From IMG/VR virus record IMGVR_UViG_3300009164_002363, positions 1-60,899 of that record: a stretch of DNA of 60,899 bases; one strand, written 5' to 3'. This document shows, piece by piece, positions 1 through 8,114 of the stretch. Source of the DNA: a virus. Its lineage: Duplodnaviria > Caudoviricetes. Numbering within the stretch: position 1 is the first letter of the stretch; each line of letters opens with the position of its first letter. The translations under genes were made by a program, and so were the position numbers. The notes beneath the pieces are model-generated. The model worked only from the letters and a program-made list of their open reading frames with translations. It did not search any database and was not told the origin of the DNA.

Positions 1-336
1 CCCGTGGCTGGCGTTGCTTACATTGGTATTATTGCTGCTAATAAACTCATCGGTCTTAGCAAGTATACCCGCATTGCTCAATGGTGTGCCCGAAGAGGAA
101 CTTTACAAGAAGAACTTTGTAATGATATTGCCCGTGAAATTAGCAAAGCTACTGATTCCAAAAACGTAGCAGTCTATGTGCAGGCAGTGCATGGCTGTTG
201 TGAAAACCGAGGCATTATGGCACACTCTAGTCTAACACAGACTACAGTACTCAAAGGCACATTCAAAGACGATCCTCATACAAAGAAAGAGTTCTTTGAC
301 AACATCAAACTGCAACAAGAGTTTGCACCACGATGA
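1..336 (+). CDS. folE: GTP cyclohydrolase I, C-terminal part (5' end outside window)
   Basis: IGLSKYTRIAQWCARRGTLQEEL and HGCCENRG match the FolE GLSK..R...R..QE and H.C...RG motifs. Confidence 0.92.
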   Translation, partial: PVAGVAYIGIIAANKLIGLSKYTRIAQWCARRGTLQEELCNDIAREISKATDSKNVAVYVQAVHGCCENRGIMAHSSLTQTTVLKGTFKDDPHTKKEFFDNIKLQQEFAPR

Positions 337-446
337 AATACATTACTAACAAGTTTGACAGCGTTCGCTTGCCAGTTGAACCTGGGTTGTTAGAGTGGTT
401 GCAGGAACAATATCCTGCATCAAAATACTTTATTAAGGAAACCTAA
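333..446 (+). CDS. small hypothetical protein (37 aa, MKYITNKFDSVRLPVEPGLLEWLQEQYPASKYFIKET)
   Basis: Not in the ORF track; ATGA overlap with the folE stop; fills the gap up to the next ATG at 448. Confidence 0.65.
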   Translation: MKYITNKFDSVRLPVEPGLLEWLQEQYPASKYFIKET

Positions 447-447
447 T

Positions 448-1959
448 ATGGGGCAAGCACATACTGTAACAAAAGTAGTAATTGTCGGCGGTGGGACTAG
501 TGCATGGTTAACTGCTGCCATGTTGTCTCATCGAAAACCACATTATGAAATTGTTGTAGTTGATAAAGAAATTGGGGCGTCTGTCGGAGTAGGTGAAGGT
601 ACAATATTAGGTTTTGCTAATAATATGCATCACTGCGGATTTAATATTGAAGACTGGTTTTTTGAAATTGATGCAACTTATAAATCGGGAATTTTATTTC
701 CCGGATGGACAACCGATAGATCAGATGTATGGCATCCGTTTTTTTATTCTCAGTATCCAGGAATGCCATTATCATCATTTGACTTGTGGTCTCACTATCA
801 AGAGTTAGATATTAAAACTAATGTTTTAAAATTATACAATATTTCAGTCAATTTTAATAAAATTGATAAAGATAATTTATTGCATTATGCATATCATGTT
901 AACTGCGGGAAATTAGTTTCATTTATACAAGAAAAAATTGTTAATGTAAGAAAAGTAACAAGCATTAAATCAGAAGTTATCGATGTACATCGTACAAATA
1001 ATAATATAACTAATCTAATACTAAAAGATGGGCAAGAAATAACCGCAGATCTATTTGTCGATTGTACAGGGTTTAAAGGCATGTTAAATGAAATGCCAGA
1101 TCGAGTAACCCTTGAAAATCGACTATGGTGCGATACTGCCATTGCTGGGCCTGTTCAATATATCGACAAAGATAAAGAAATGCACCCGTATGTAGTTAAC
1201 GAAGTAGTGGACCACGGGTGGCTATGGAAGATTCCTATCCAATCACGCATAGGATCAGGATTAGTATTCAATCGAAGTATAACTAGCGTAGATGAAGCAA
1301 CGGAGTATTTCTGCAAGTATTGGGGTGATCGAATTTCTAAAGAAAATCTAAAAGTTATCGATTGGACTCCTTTTTATAATAGGAATATGTGGCACGGTAA
1401 TGTTGTTAGTATAGGATTAAGTGCCGGGTTTATTGAACCATTAGAAAGTACAGGCATTGCTCTAATTACAAAAGGCATATACGAAATGCTAGACCGATTA
1501 GAGCAAGACTATTATACAGATCAAGATATTGATTTATTCAATTCAAGATTAATAGTGTCATTTGAAGAATCAATTGACTTTGTTAGTATGCACTATATGG
1601 TTGCTGATAAAAACACACCTTTTTGGAATTGGGTTAAAGATACTAGATTTAAATCTGATGCTCAAAAAATATATGAAGATAAACTAGCTAACTCATATCT
1701 ATTACCTTTTGAAGGTAGAGGATCTATATTTGCTGGCTATAATTGGTTTTGTATATTAATACAACTAGGATATACTGTTGGTAAGAAAAATGTTTCACCG
1801 TTGAATAATCTACAAATTAAACAACTATTATCTCTTCATAAAAATGAAGAATTAAACAAAACAAATTCAGTTCTTCATACAGAATACTTAGAATTATTGC
1901 GTAATAAAATTGAACCTTTCTTTTTATTACCTGAGCATCGAATACACAAAGGAGAATAA
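448..1959 (+). CDS. flavin-dependent tryptophan halogenase-like protein (PrnA/RebH family)
   Basis: GGGTSAW FAD-binding motif, GVGEGT, ATYKSGI (position of the catalytic Lys), WLWKIP (WxWxIP), GFIEPLESTG. Confidence 0.9.
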   Translation: MGQAHTVTKVVIVGGGTSAWLTAAMLSHRKPHYEIVVVDKEIGASVGVGEGTILGFANNMHHCGFNIEDWFFEIDATYKSGILFPGWTTDRSDVWHPFFYSQYPGMPLSSFDLWSHYQELDIKTNVLKLYNISVNFNKIDKDNLLHYAYHVNCGKLVSFIQEKIVNVRKVTSIKSEVIDVHRTNNNITNLILKDGQEITADLFVDCTGFKGMLNEMPDRVTLENRLWCDTAIAGPVQYIDKDKEMHPYVVNEVVDHGWLWKIPIQSRIGSGLVFNRSITSVDEATEYFCKYWGDRISKENLKVIDWTPFYNRNMWHGNVVSIGLSAGFIEPLESTGIALITKGIYEMLDRLEQDYYTDQDIDLFNSRLIVSFEESIDFVSMHYMVADKNTPFWNWVKDTRFKSDAQKIYEDKLANSYLLPFEGRGSIFAGYNWFCILIQLGYTVGKKNVSPLNNLQIKQLLSLHKNEELNKTNSVLHTEYLELLRNKIEPFFLLPEHRIHKGE

Positions 1960-2135
1960 TGATGAATAAATTTATAGAATGGTTCGAACGTAATCGTAAA
2001 TCAATTGGCTATGTAGTTGGTGGTGCTAACTTAGGGTCAGGTATCGGGCAAATTGCCAAGGGTGATGTTGCTAACGGTGTAATGATGTTAATATTAGGAC
2101 TAGCAATAGTAGTAGACACAAGGATGTTCAAATGA
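1959..2135 (+). CDS. small putative membrane protein (58 aa)
   Basis: Not in the ORF track; GGAG upstream, TAATG overlap; hydrophobic stretch VMMLILGLAIVV; ATGA overlap with the next gene. Confidence 0.65.
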   Translation: MMNKFIEWFERNRKSIGYVVGGANLGSGIGQIAKGDVANGVMMLILGLAIVVDTRMFK

Positions 2136-2629
2136 GTGTATATCTAATTAAACCACTTGAAAAGAAAAGCATTATCTATCATGTAGAGATGTTCCGTGAG
2201 AATTCTGATGGTACTACAAGTTGGTTTAACATTGACGAAACATATCGTTGGGGTCAAGGCTTTATTGAAAAAGATATGGACTGCAATCTTCCTTGGGAAG
2301 GTGATACAGTAGCATACACTAAAACTGATGCAGGTTGGGGTTGTGAGTTTGACGACAGCATTAGCGTTGATTGGGAATTCAGCGATGATATTAGTGAACT
2401 TGAACAACAAGAATTAAAAGAAGCATACTACGAAGGTGGTGCCGGATGGCTCTACGATGGCGAGCATGATTGGCAAGAAGAAGATGCCGCAGTACATATC
2501 ATTGCACCATTCCAGGTCAGCTTATGCGAAGACGATGGCACCGTTATTGAAGAAAACGTAGTATTAAAAGATCGTCCTAAGTTTGAAACAACAAGCACTT
2601 GGCCGTTTCCACCAAAGGAAACAGAATGA
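2132..2629 (+). CDS. hypothetical acidic Trp-rich protein
   Basis: 165-aa ORF translationally coupled to both neighbours. Confidence 0.75.
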   Translation: MSVYLIKPLEKKSIIYHVEMFRENSDGTTSWFNIDETYRWGQGFIEKDMDCNLPWEGDTVAYTKTDAGWGCEFDDSISVDWEFSDDISELEQQELKEAYYEGGAGWLYDGEHDWQEEDAAVHIIAPFQVSLCEDDGTVIEENVVLKDRPKFETTSTWPFPPKETE

Positions 2630-2844
2630 CTACTGCTAAAGAAATAACCGATACATTAATTTATCGTGCAAAAAATATACAAGAATTTGTAGTAGAAAGA
2701 CCTATGCTAAATGTACCCAGAGGTGTTGTTAAATTTAGTTTCCAACACACAGCTGGTGAAAAGTACGCCCGTATTTTTGTACCAGCGTTAACACAAGAAG
2801 AGGCTGAACAGATGGTTGACGAATGGTTCCAGGAGAATGTATAA
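2626..2844 (+). CDS. hypothetical protein
   Basis: ATG at 2626 follows AAGGA and overlaps the upstream TGA; preferred over the track start at 2599. Confidence 0.65.
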   Translation: MTTAKEITDTLIYRAKNIQEFVVERPMLNVPRGVVKFSFQHTAGEKYARIFVPALTQEEAEQMVDEWFQENV

Positions 2845-2845
2845 T

Positions 2846-3145
2846 ATGAAATGGTTTAAAAAATTAGTAGCCAGTTGGGCACATCAAGGTAATAACTACG
2901 CCGAAGTAGAAAATATGAAAACTAGTAGAGGACTAGTTAGAGGAAACGATGTTGAAGCTGTATGCGGTGACGATCCTGTATTAAACTTCAAAGTCTATTC
3001 GGCAGTAGGTGGCAAGGTTGTAGAGTTTAGACGATATGATCGAAAAAGTGATCGCAATGATTCTACCACTTACATTATAACTAATGATCAAGACTTTGGT
3101 GATCGAATTGCTAAGATTGCAACAATGGAACAAATTAAATTATGA
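2846..3145 (+). CDS. hypothetical protein
   Basis: AGGAG at 2831-2835 upstream of ATG 2846 (alternative start 2837); stop overlaps the queE start. Confidence 0.65.
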   Translation: MKWFKKLVASWAHQGNNYAEVENMKTSRGLVRGNDVEAVCGDDPVLNFKVYSAVGGKVVEFRRYDRKSDRNDSTTYIITNDQDFGDRIAKIATMEQIKL

Positions 3146-3999
3146 GTAAGATTAAAATTGCAGAGTTATTTTATAGTATACAAGGCGAAGGACGCTATAT
3201 GGGTGTCCCGTCTGTTTTTCTGCGCACATTTGGTTGCAACTTTAAATGTGCCGGCTTTGGTATGCCTCGTGGCGAACTGAGTACAGAAGTTGAAACAATT
3301 TCCTTTGCTCATAGCAATACTCCTTATAAAGACTATAAAGACTTACCACTTGTAAGTACAGGCTGTGATAGCTACGCTAGTTGGCATTCCGACTTTAAAG
3401 ATCTAAGTCCAATGCTTACTACAGAGGCAATTGCAGATCGCATTTGTGAAATTATTCCTTACGGTGAGTGGAAGGATGAACATCTTGTTATTACAGGTGG
3501 TGAGCCATTGTTAGGTTGGCAACGTGCTTATCCCGACTTGTTAGATCATCCTAAAATGGCAGGTCTTAAAGAGATTACGTTTGAAACAAACGGTACTCAG
3601 AAACTTACTCCAGAGTTTAAGCAATATTTAGATACATGGACAGGTTTGCCTAAACAGCGACGTGAGATTACATTTAGTGTTAGTGCCAAACTTCCATGTA
3701 GTGGCGAAAAGTGGGAAGAAGCAATTCTTCCAGAAGTAGTTTGCGAGTACGAAGAAGTCGGTACAGCATACTTGAAGTTTGTCATTGCTACTGAGGATGA
3801 TTTTGATGACGCAGTAACTGCGGTAATTGAGTTCCGCAAGGCAGGGTTTAAAGGACATGTTTATCTAATGCCAGTTGGGGGTGTAGAAAGTGTTTACGCA
3901 CTGAATAATAAGAACGTGGCATTATTGGCAATGAAACATGGATTACGCTATAGTGATCGATTACAAGTGCCGCTATTTAAAAATGAATGGGGTACCTAA
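3142..3999 (+). CDS. queE: 7-carboxy-7-deazaguanine synthase (radical SAM)
   Basis: ELFYSIQGEG, VFLRTFGCNFKC, ITGGEPLL, ETNG, SVSAK and RLQV motifs; close to folE. Confidence 0.9.
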   Translation: MSKIKIAELFYSIQGEGRYMGVPSVFLRTFGCNFKCAGFGMPRGELSTEVETISFAHSNTPYKDYKDLPLVSTGCDSYASWHSDFKDLSPMLTTEAIADRICEIIPYGEWKDEHLVITGGEPLLGWQRAYPDLLDHPKMAGLKEITFETNGTQKLTPEFKQYLDTWTGLPKQRREITFSVSAKLPCSGEKWEEAILPEVVCEYEEVGTAYLKFVIATEDDFDDAVTAVIEFRKAGFKGHVYLMPVGGVESVYALNNKNVALLAMKHGLRYSDRLQVPLFKNEWGT

Positions 4000-4448
4000 T
4001 GAAAAACTTTTTTAAGAAACTTACTGGCTTAGATAAGCTAGAAGAAAAACTTGAGCAAACAAACAATCTTATAGCCGAAACTGAAAAGAAAGCAGAAGAG
4101 GCTGTTAAGGCAGCAGAAGAAGCTAAAGCTGCCGAATTGCTAGCAAAATCAACTCCAAAAGAACGTGCTACTGCCAAAGGCGAACCTTGGGTAAGTGTAT
4201 TGGATACTCACGTTAATAAAGATAATATTCGTAATGGATTTTTTGAGCTTGACTGGAACGACCTGTTTGTGTTACAATTGAAACAAGCAGGATATGGATT
4301 TGACGGAGATCCTGACGAAGAGATTGTAGATCGTTGGTTCAGAGACATAGTCCGAAATATGTTAGCTGAAGAAGGCCAAGATACTACACGAGGTGCAGGT
4401 TATATTAACGTGGTTCCGATCACAAAAGATAAATCAGAGGTTTCATGA
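3999..4448 (+). CDS. hypothetical protein with N-terminal coiled coil
   Basis: TAATG overlap start at 3999; EK/A-rich helix followed by a globular GFFELDWN domain. Confidence 0.75.
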   Translation: MKNFFKKLTGLDKLEEKLEQTNNLIAETEKKAEEAVKAAEEAKAAELLAKSTPKERATAKGEPWVSVLDTHVNKDNIRNGFFELDWNDLFVLQLKQAGYGFDGDPDEEIVDRWFRDIVRNMLAEEGQDTTRGAGYINVVPITKDKSEVS

Positions 4449-5428
4449 CATATATTTTAGTTGATACTGCTAACACGTTTTTTCGTGCTAGACACGTGGT
4501 GCAAGGATCTGCCGATATTAAACTCGGTATGGCATTTCATATTACATTTAACAGTATCAAGAAGGCATGGCAAGACTTTGGTGGTACTCATGTAGTGTTC
4601 TGCCTCGAAGGTAGATCTTGGCGTAAGGACTTTTATAAGCCTTATAAGGCCAATCGTGCTGAAACTCGTAGTGCGATGACTATTAAAGAACAAGAAGAAG
4701 ATAAGTTGTTCTGGGAAGCATTTGATGAGTTTAAAAACTTCATTACTGAAAAAACTAACTGTACAGTATTGCAACATAAACAACTAGAAGCAGACGATTT
4801 AATTGCTGGCTTCATTCAGATGCATCCAGAAGCAAAACATGTTATCATTAGCACAGACGGAGATTTTGCTCAGTTAGTAAGCCCCACTGTTAGTCAGTAT
4901 AACGGTGTAGGTGACCTACACATTACACATGAAGGCATCTTTGATGCAAAAGGTAAACCCGTTAAAGATAAAAAAACAGGAGAACCAAAGCCTGCACAAG
5001 ATCCAGAATGGATGCTGTTCGAAAAATGTATGCGTGGTGATACCAGTGATAATGTCTTCTCGGCGTATCCAGGTGTGCGTACTAAAGGTACAAAAAACAA
5101 AGTTGGTCTTATGGAAGCGTTCGCGGATCGTAACTCCAAAGGATATTCGTGGAACAATCTCATGCTTCAGAGGTGGGTCGACCACAACGGCGATGAACAT
5201 CGTGTACTAGATGACTACCAACGTAACGTACAACTATGCGATCTTACTGCACAGCCGGCAGAGATTAGAAATCTTATTGAAGAAACTATTAATACCAATG
5301 CAGTGCCTAAAACGGTTGACCAAGTTGGTATTCGTATGTTAAAATTTTGTAATACATGGGACATGAAAAAGATTGCTGATAACATTCAGCAATATGCAGT
5401 CCCATTTCAGGCGAGGTATGTAAAATGA
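4445..5428 (+). CDS. rnh: T4 RNase H-like 5'-3' exonuclease / flap endonuclease
   Basis: ILVDTAN, SWRKDFYKPYKANR, EADDLIA, STDGDFAQL and GDTSDNV are FEN/5'-nuclease acidic motifs. Confidence 0.9.
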   Translation: MTYILVDTANTFFRARHVVQGSADIKLGMAFHITFNSIKKAWQDFGGTHVVFCLEGRSWRKDFYKPYKANRAETRSAMTIKEQEEDKLFWEAFDEFKNFITEKTNCTVLQHKQLEADDLIAGFIQMHPEAKHVIISTDGDFAQLVSPTVSQYNGVGDLHITHEGIFDAKGKPVKDKKTGEPKPAQDPEWMLFEKCMRGDTSDNVFSAYPGVRTKGTKNKVGLMEAFADRNSKGYSWNNLMLQRWVDHNGDEHRVLDDYQRNVQLCDLTAQPAEIRNLIEETINTNAVPKTVDQVGIRMLKFCNTWDMKKIADNIQQYAVPFQARYVK

Positions 5429-5901
5429 ATTTAAAAGCAAAACCCATTGTTGATGGAAAATTTTGGATTGTAGAAAACGATGGTGAGAAAGTTGCTATCC
5501 TACATAAGAAAGAAAACAACAAGTTTATGTTGAGCTCAAAAGATGGAGAAATATATTTTTCTAAAAAAGATGAGCTAACTAAAAAGTTTGGTAAAGACTT
5601 TTTTCAAATTAGCGACAAAGTTAACATTACTCATGAAGAAGTCCGTGATGTATATGATTACCCGACTAGCTGTAGACCGTATAACCCAGTCTTTAATGTG
5701 CAAAGAAAATTGCCATTGTTTACTAAGAGTCAAGCTAGTAAAAGTTTGTATTGTGCAGGATATTACACAATTAAATTTGACAAAGGTTGGGTTAAAAGTT
5801 TCTGCCCTAAACTAATTACTGTTGAACGATACCCAACTAGAGGCCCGTTTAAAAGTGAACTTGAAATGAAACAGGTGCTGTCAAATGCCAAGTCCGATTA
5901 A
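5425..5901 (+). CDS. hypothetical protein
   Basis: 158-aa ORF overlapping the rnh stop. Confidence 0.75.
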   Translation: MNLKAKPIVDGKFWIVENDGEKVAILHKKENNKFMLSSKDGEIYFSKKDELTKKFGKDFFQISDKVNITHEEVRDVYDYPTSCRPYNPVFNVQRKLPLFTKSQASKSLYCAGYYTIKFDKGWVKSFCPKLITVERYPTRGPFKSELEMKQVLSNAKSD

Positions 5902-6127
5902 TACAGTTCCTATTCAGCAATTTATACAGCAGGTAAAAGCTGCCGATATGACTCAGCAACGTGAGATTAAAATAGATATAAAAACTGCCAAAGCATTAGC
6001 ATACTGTTTAGGTGAAATTAGTGCTAAATTGCTCGAAGATTACGATACAGTGTTTCGACGATTAGAATCGAGTGCGGGCGGTACTGTTACAGTTCAAATG
6101 GATGGTGGTGGATTTTCTACCAATTAA
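5885..6127 (+). CDS. hypothetical protein
   Basis: 80-aa ORF within the operon. Confidence 0.65.
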   Translation: MPSPINTVPIQQFIQQVKAADMTQQREIKIDIKTAKALAYCLGEISAKLLEDYDTVFRRLESSAGGTVTVQMDGGGFSTN

Positions 6128-6130
6128 TTG

Positions 6131-6168
6131 ATAAATATATGCGTACTTAATTTAAGGGCGCATATATG
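6131..6168 (+). promoter_or_regulatory. late-type promoter (ATAAATA) overlapping an RBS-sequestering hairpin
   Basis: ATAAATA 6131-6137; inverted repeat ATATATGCG (6135-6143) / CGCATATAT (6159-6167) encloses AAGGG and reaches the ATG at 6166. Confidence 0.65.
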
Positions 6169-6450
6169 TCAAGACCTAAACCTACTGTTCTATTAGAATA
6201 CATTAACAAAAAGAACTATAAGAGCGAGCAAGTTCTTAACGCAGAGGCTATCTGGGCAGTATTCTATAAACAAGAGCCGTTTAATTTAAAATCAGCAAGT
6301 AGCATTACTAGCTATCCTGGTCCTAAATACAAGAAAGTCTCGTTTAGCAATCCCGGACATGCACACAATCTTGCAAAAAAACTCAATCAAATGTTTAATT
6401 GCAATGACTTTGAAGTAGTTAAACTGACATCCGGCGAAATCATCAAATGA
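6166..6450 (+). CDS. hypothetical basic protein
   Basis: 94-aa ORF with AAGGG RBS. Confidence 0.75.
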   Translation: MSRPKPTVLLEYINKKNYKSEQVLNAEAIWAVFYKQEPFNLKSASSITSYPGPKYKKVSFSNPGHAHNLAKKLNQMFNCNDFEVVKLTSGEIIK

Positions 6451-6854
6451 TTTCAAAAGAAACTTACACTAAAATTTTCCTGCAACAAAAGGAAAAAAGT
6501 ACAGACAGTGCCAATGTCAAGCATCACATGTACAAATGGTGGCAAAGTCATAGATCAAAAGAATCCGGAGGACTACGATTGAGCGAAGAAGGATTCGAAT
6601 TCTTAACTGAAGAATTGGGTTTGAAAAATTACGAGATTCCGTTTACAGAACCAATCGAACTAAGCCCCCAAACTATTATATTTTTTGATAGATCAATGGA
6701 CGGCCCATATTTTCTCACAAACCAAAGTATTACTGTATTTTCCGAAAAAAAATCTTTTGAGCTGTACATGTTTTCGGACGATATTCGAAAATATGGTCTA
6801 GTAAAAGCAATGAACGCCCAAAACAAAGATAGCCAAACGGACGAAAATTCCTAA
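6447..6854 (+). CDS. hypothetical protein
   Basis: 135-aa ORF, ATGA overlap. Confidence 0.75.
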   Translation: MISKETYTKIFLQQKEKSTDSANVKHHMYKWWQSHRSKESGGLRLSEEGFEFLTEELGLKNYEIPFTEPIELSPQTIIFFDRSMDGPYFLTNQSITVFSEKKSFELYMFSDDIRKYGLVKAMNAQNKDSQTDENS

Positions 6855-6862
6855 AAAATCAG

Positions 6863-6891
6863 TTGACGAGGTAGCTGTTAGGCAGTATAAT
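6863..6891 (+). promoter_or_regulatory. sigma70-type early promoter
   Basis: TTGACG-17 bp-TATAAT upstream of the MoxR gene. Confidence 0.8.
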
Positions 6892-6940
6892 AGATACATA
6901 GACAGTTAAACTTCAACGCTTTTTTAACCCAGGAGTATTT

Positions 6941-8038
6941 ATGAGCGAGATCCTTTCACGTACAGTTGGCCCTAAAGCCGCTAAGAAATCCCTTCGTCGT
7001 GCTTTTAAAGCCAATCGTCCGTTGTTCCTGTGGGGTCCTCCAGGAATTGGTAAGTCCGATATCGTTAAGCAGATGGGCGAAGAGCTCGAAGCTCACGTCA
7101 TTGACATCCGTTTGAGCTTGTGGGATCCTACAGATATTAAAGGTATTCCATTCTTCAATAGCACTACTAACAAAATGGAATGGGCTCCTCCTACTGAATT
7201 GCCCGATGAAACTATGGCAGCTAAGTACAAGAAAATTATCTTGTTCTTGGATGAAATGAACAGTGCGGCACCTGCTGTACAGGCAGCGGCTTATCAATTG
7301 GTGTTAAACCGTAAAGTTGGTACTTATCGTTTGCCCGACAATGTTTTGATTGTTGCCGCTGGTAATCGTGAAACTGACAAGGGTGTTACATTCCGTATGC
7401 CTGCTCCGTTGGCAAACCGTTTTGTTCACTTGGAAATGAAAGTTGACTGGGACGACTACTTTGGGTGGGCTACAGAAAATCGTATCCACCGTGACGTTGT
7501 TGGCTTTTTGACCTTTAGCAAGAAAGACCTGTACGACTTTGATCCTAAGAGTGCATCACGTGCCTTTGCTACTCCACGTAGCTGGACCTTTGTATCCGAA
7601 TTGTTGTTTGATGACGAAGAAGATACTGACACATTAACTGATTTGATCTCGGGTGCAGTTGGTGAGGGCTTGGCAGTTAAGTTTATGGCTCATCGTAAGA
7701 TTAGCTCAAAGTTGCCAGATCCTACAGATATTTTGGCAGGCAAAGTTAAGAAAATGGACACTAAAGAAATCAGTGCTATGTACTCTTTGACTGTGTCATT
7801 GTGCTATGAATTGAAAGATGCTAGCGACAAAGGCGACAAGAAGTTCAACGATAAAGTTAATTACTTCTTTCAGTTCATGATGGATAATTTTGAAACTGAA
7901 TTGGTTGTTATGGGTACTAAACTTGCACTGACGCAATATCAATTGCCATTGGATCCAGATGAGATCACCTGCTTTGATGACTTCCATACCAAATATGGTA
8001 AGTACATTGCGGCGGCTACAGAAAAGCATTCACGCTAA
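6941..8038 (+). CDS. MoxR-like AAA+ ATPase
   Basis: Walker A GPPGIGKS, Walker B ILFLDEMN, AAGNR sensor, PLANRF arginine finger; AGGAG RBS. Confidence 0.9.
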   Translation: MSEILSRTVGPKAAKKSLRRAFKANRPLFLWGPPGIGKSDIVKQMGEELEAHVIDIRLSLWDPTDIKGIPFFNSTTNKMEWAPPTELPDETMAAKYKKIILFLDEMNSAAPAVQAAAYQLVLNRKVGTYRLPDNVLIVAAGNRETDKGVTFRMPAPLANRFVHLEMKVDWDDYFGWATENRIHRDVVGFLTFSKKDLYDFDPKSASRAFATPRSWTFVSELLFDDEEDTDTLTDLISGAVGEGLAVKFMAHRKISSKLPDPTDILAGKVKKMDTKEISAMYSLTVSLCYELKDASDKGDKKFNDKVNYFFQFMMDNFETELVVMGTKLALTQYQLPLDPDEITCFDDFHTKYGKYIAAATEKHSR

Positions 8039-8054
8039 TTTGAGCTAGCGCCAG

Positions 8055-8083
8055 TTGACAGGAGCTTCGGCTCCTGTTATAAT
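8055..8083 (+). promoter_or_regulatory. sigma70 consensus promoter whose spacer is a UUCG hairpin
   Basis: TTGACA-17 bp-TATAAT; ACAGGAGC-TTCG-GCTCCTGT lies inside it. Confidence 0.8.
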
Positions 8084-8114
8084 ATATACATACAGTAAAT
8101 ATTTAGGAGCAGAA

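Noticed and set aside
8055-8114. N-terminal extension of the VWA ORF from TTG 8055
   Set aside because: That TTG is the -35 box; AGGAG points to ATG 8115.
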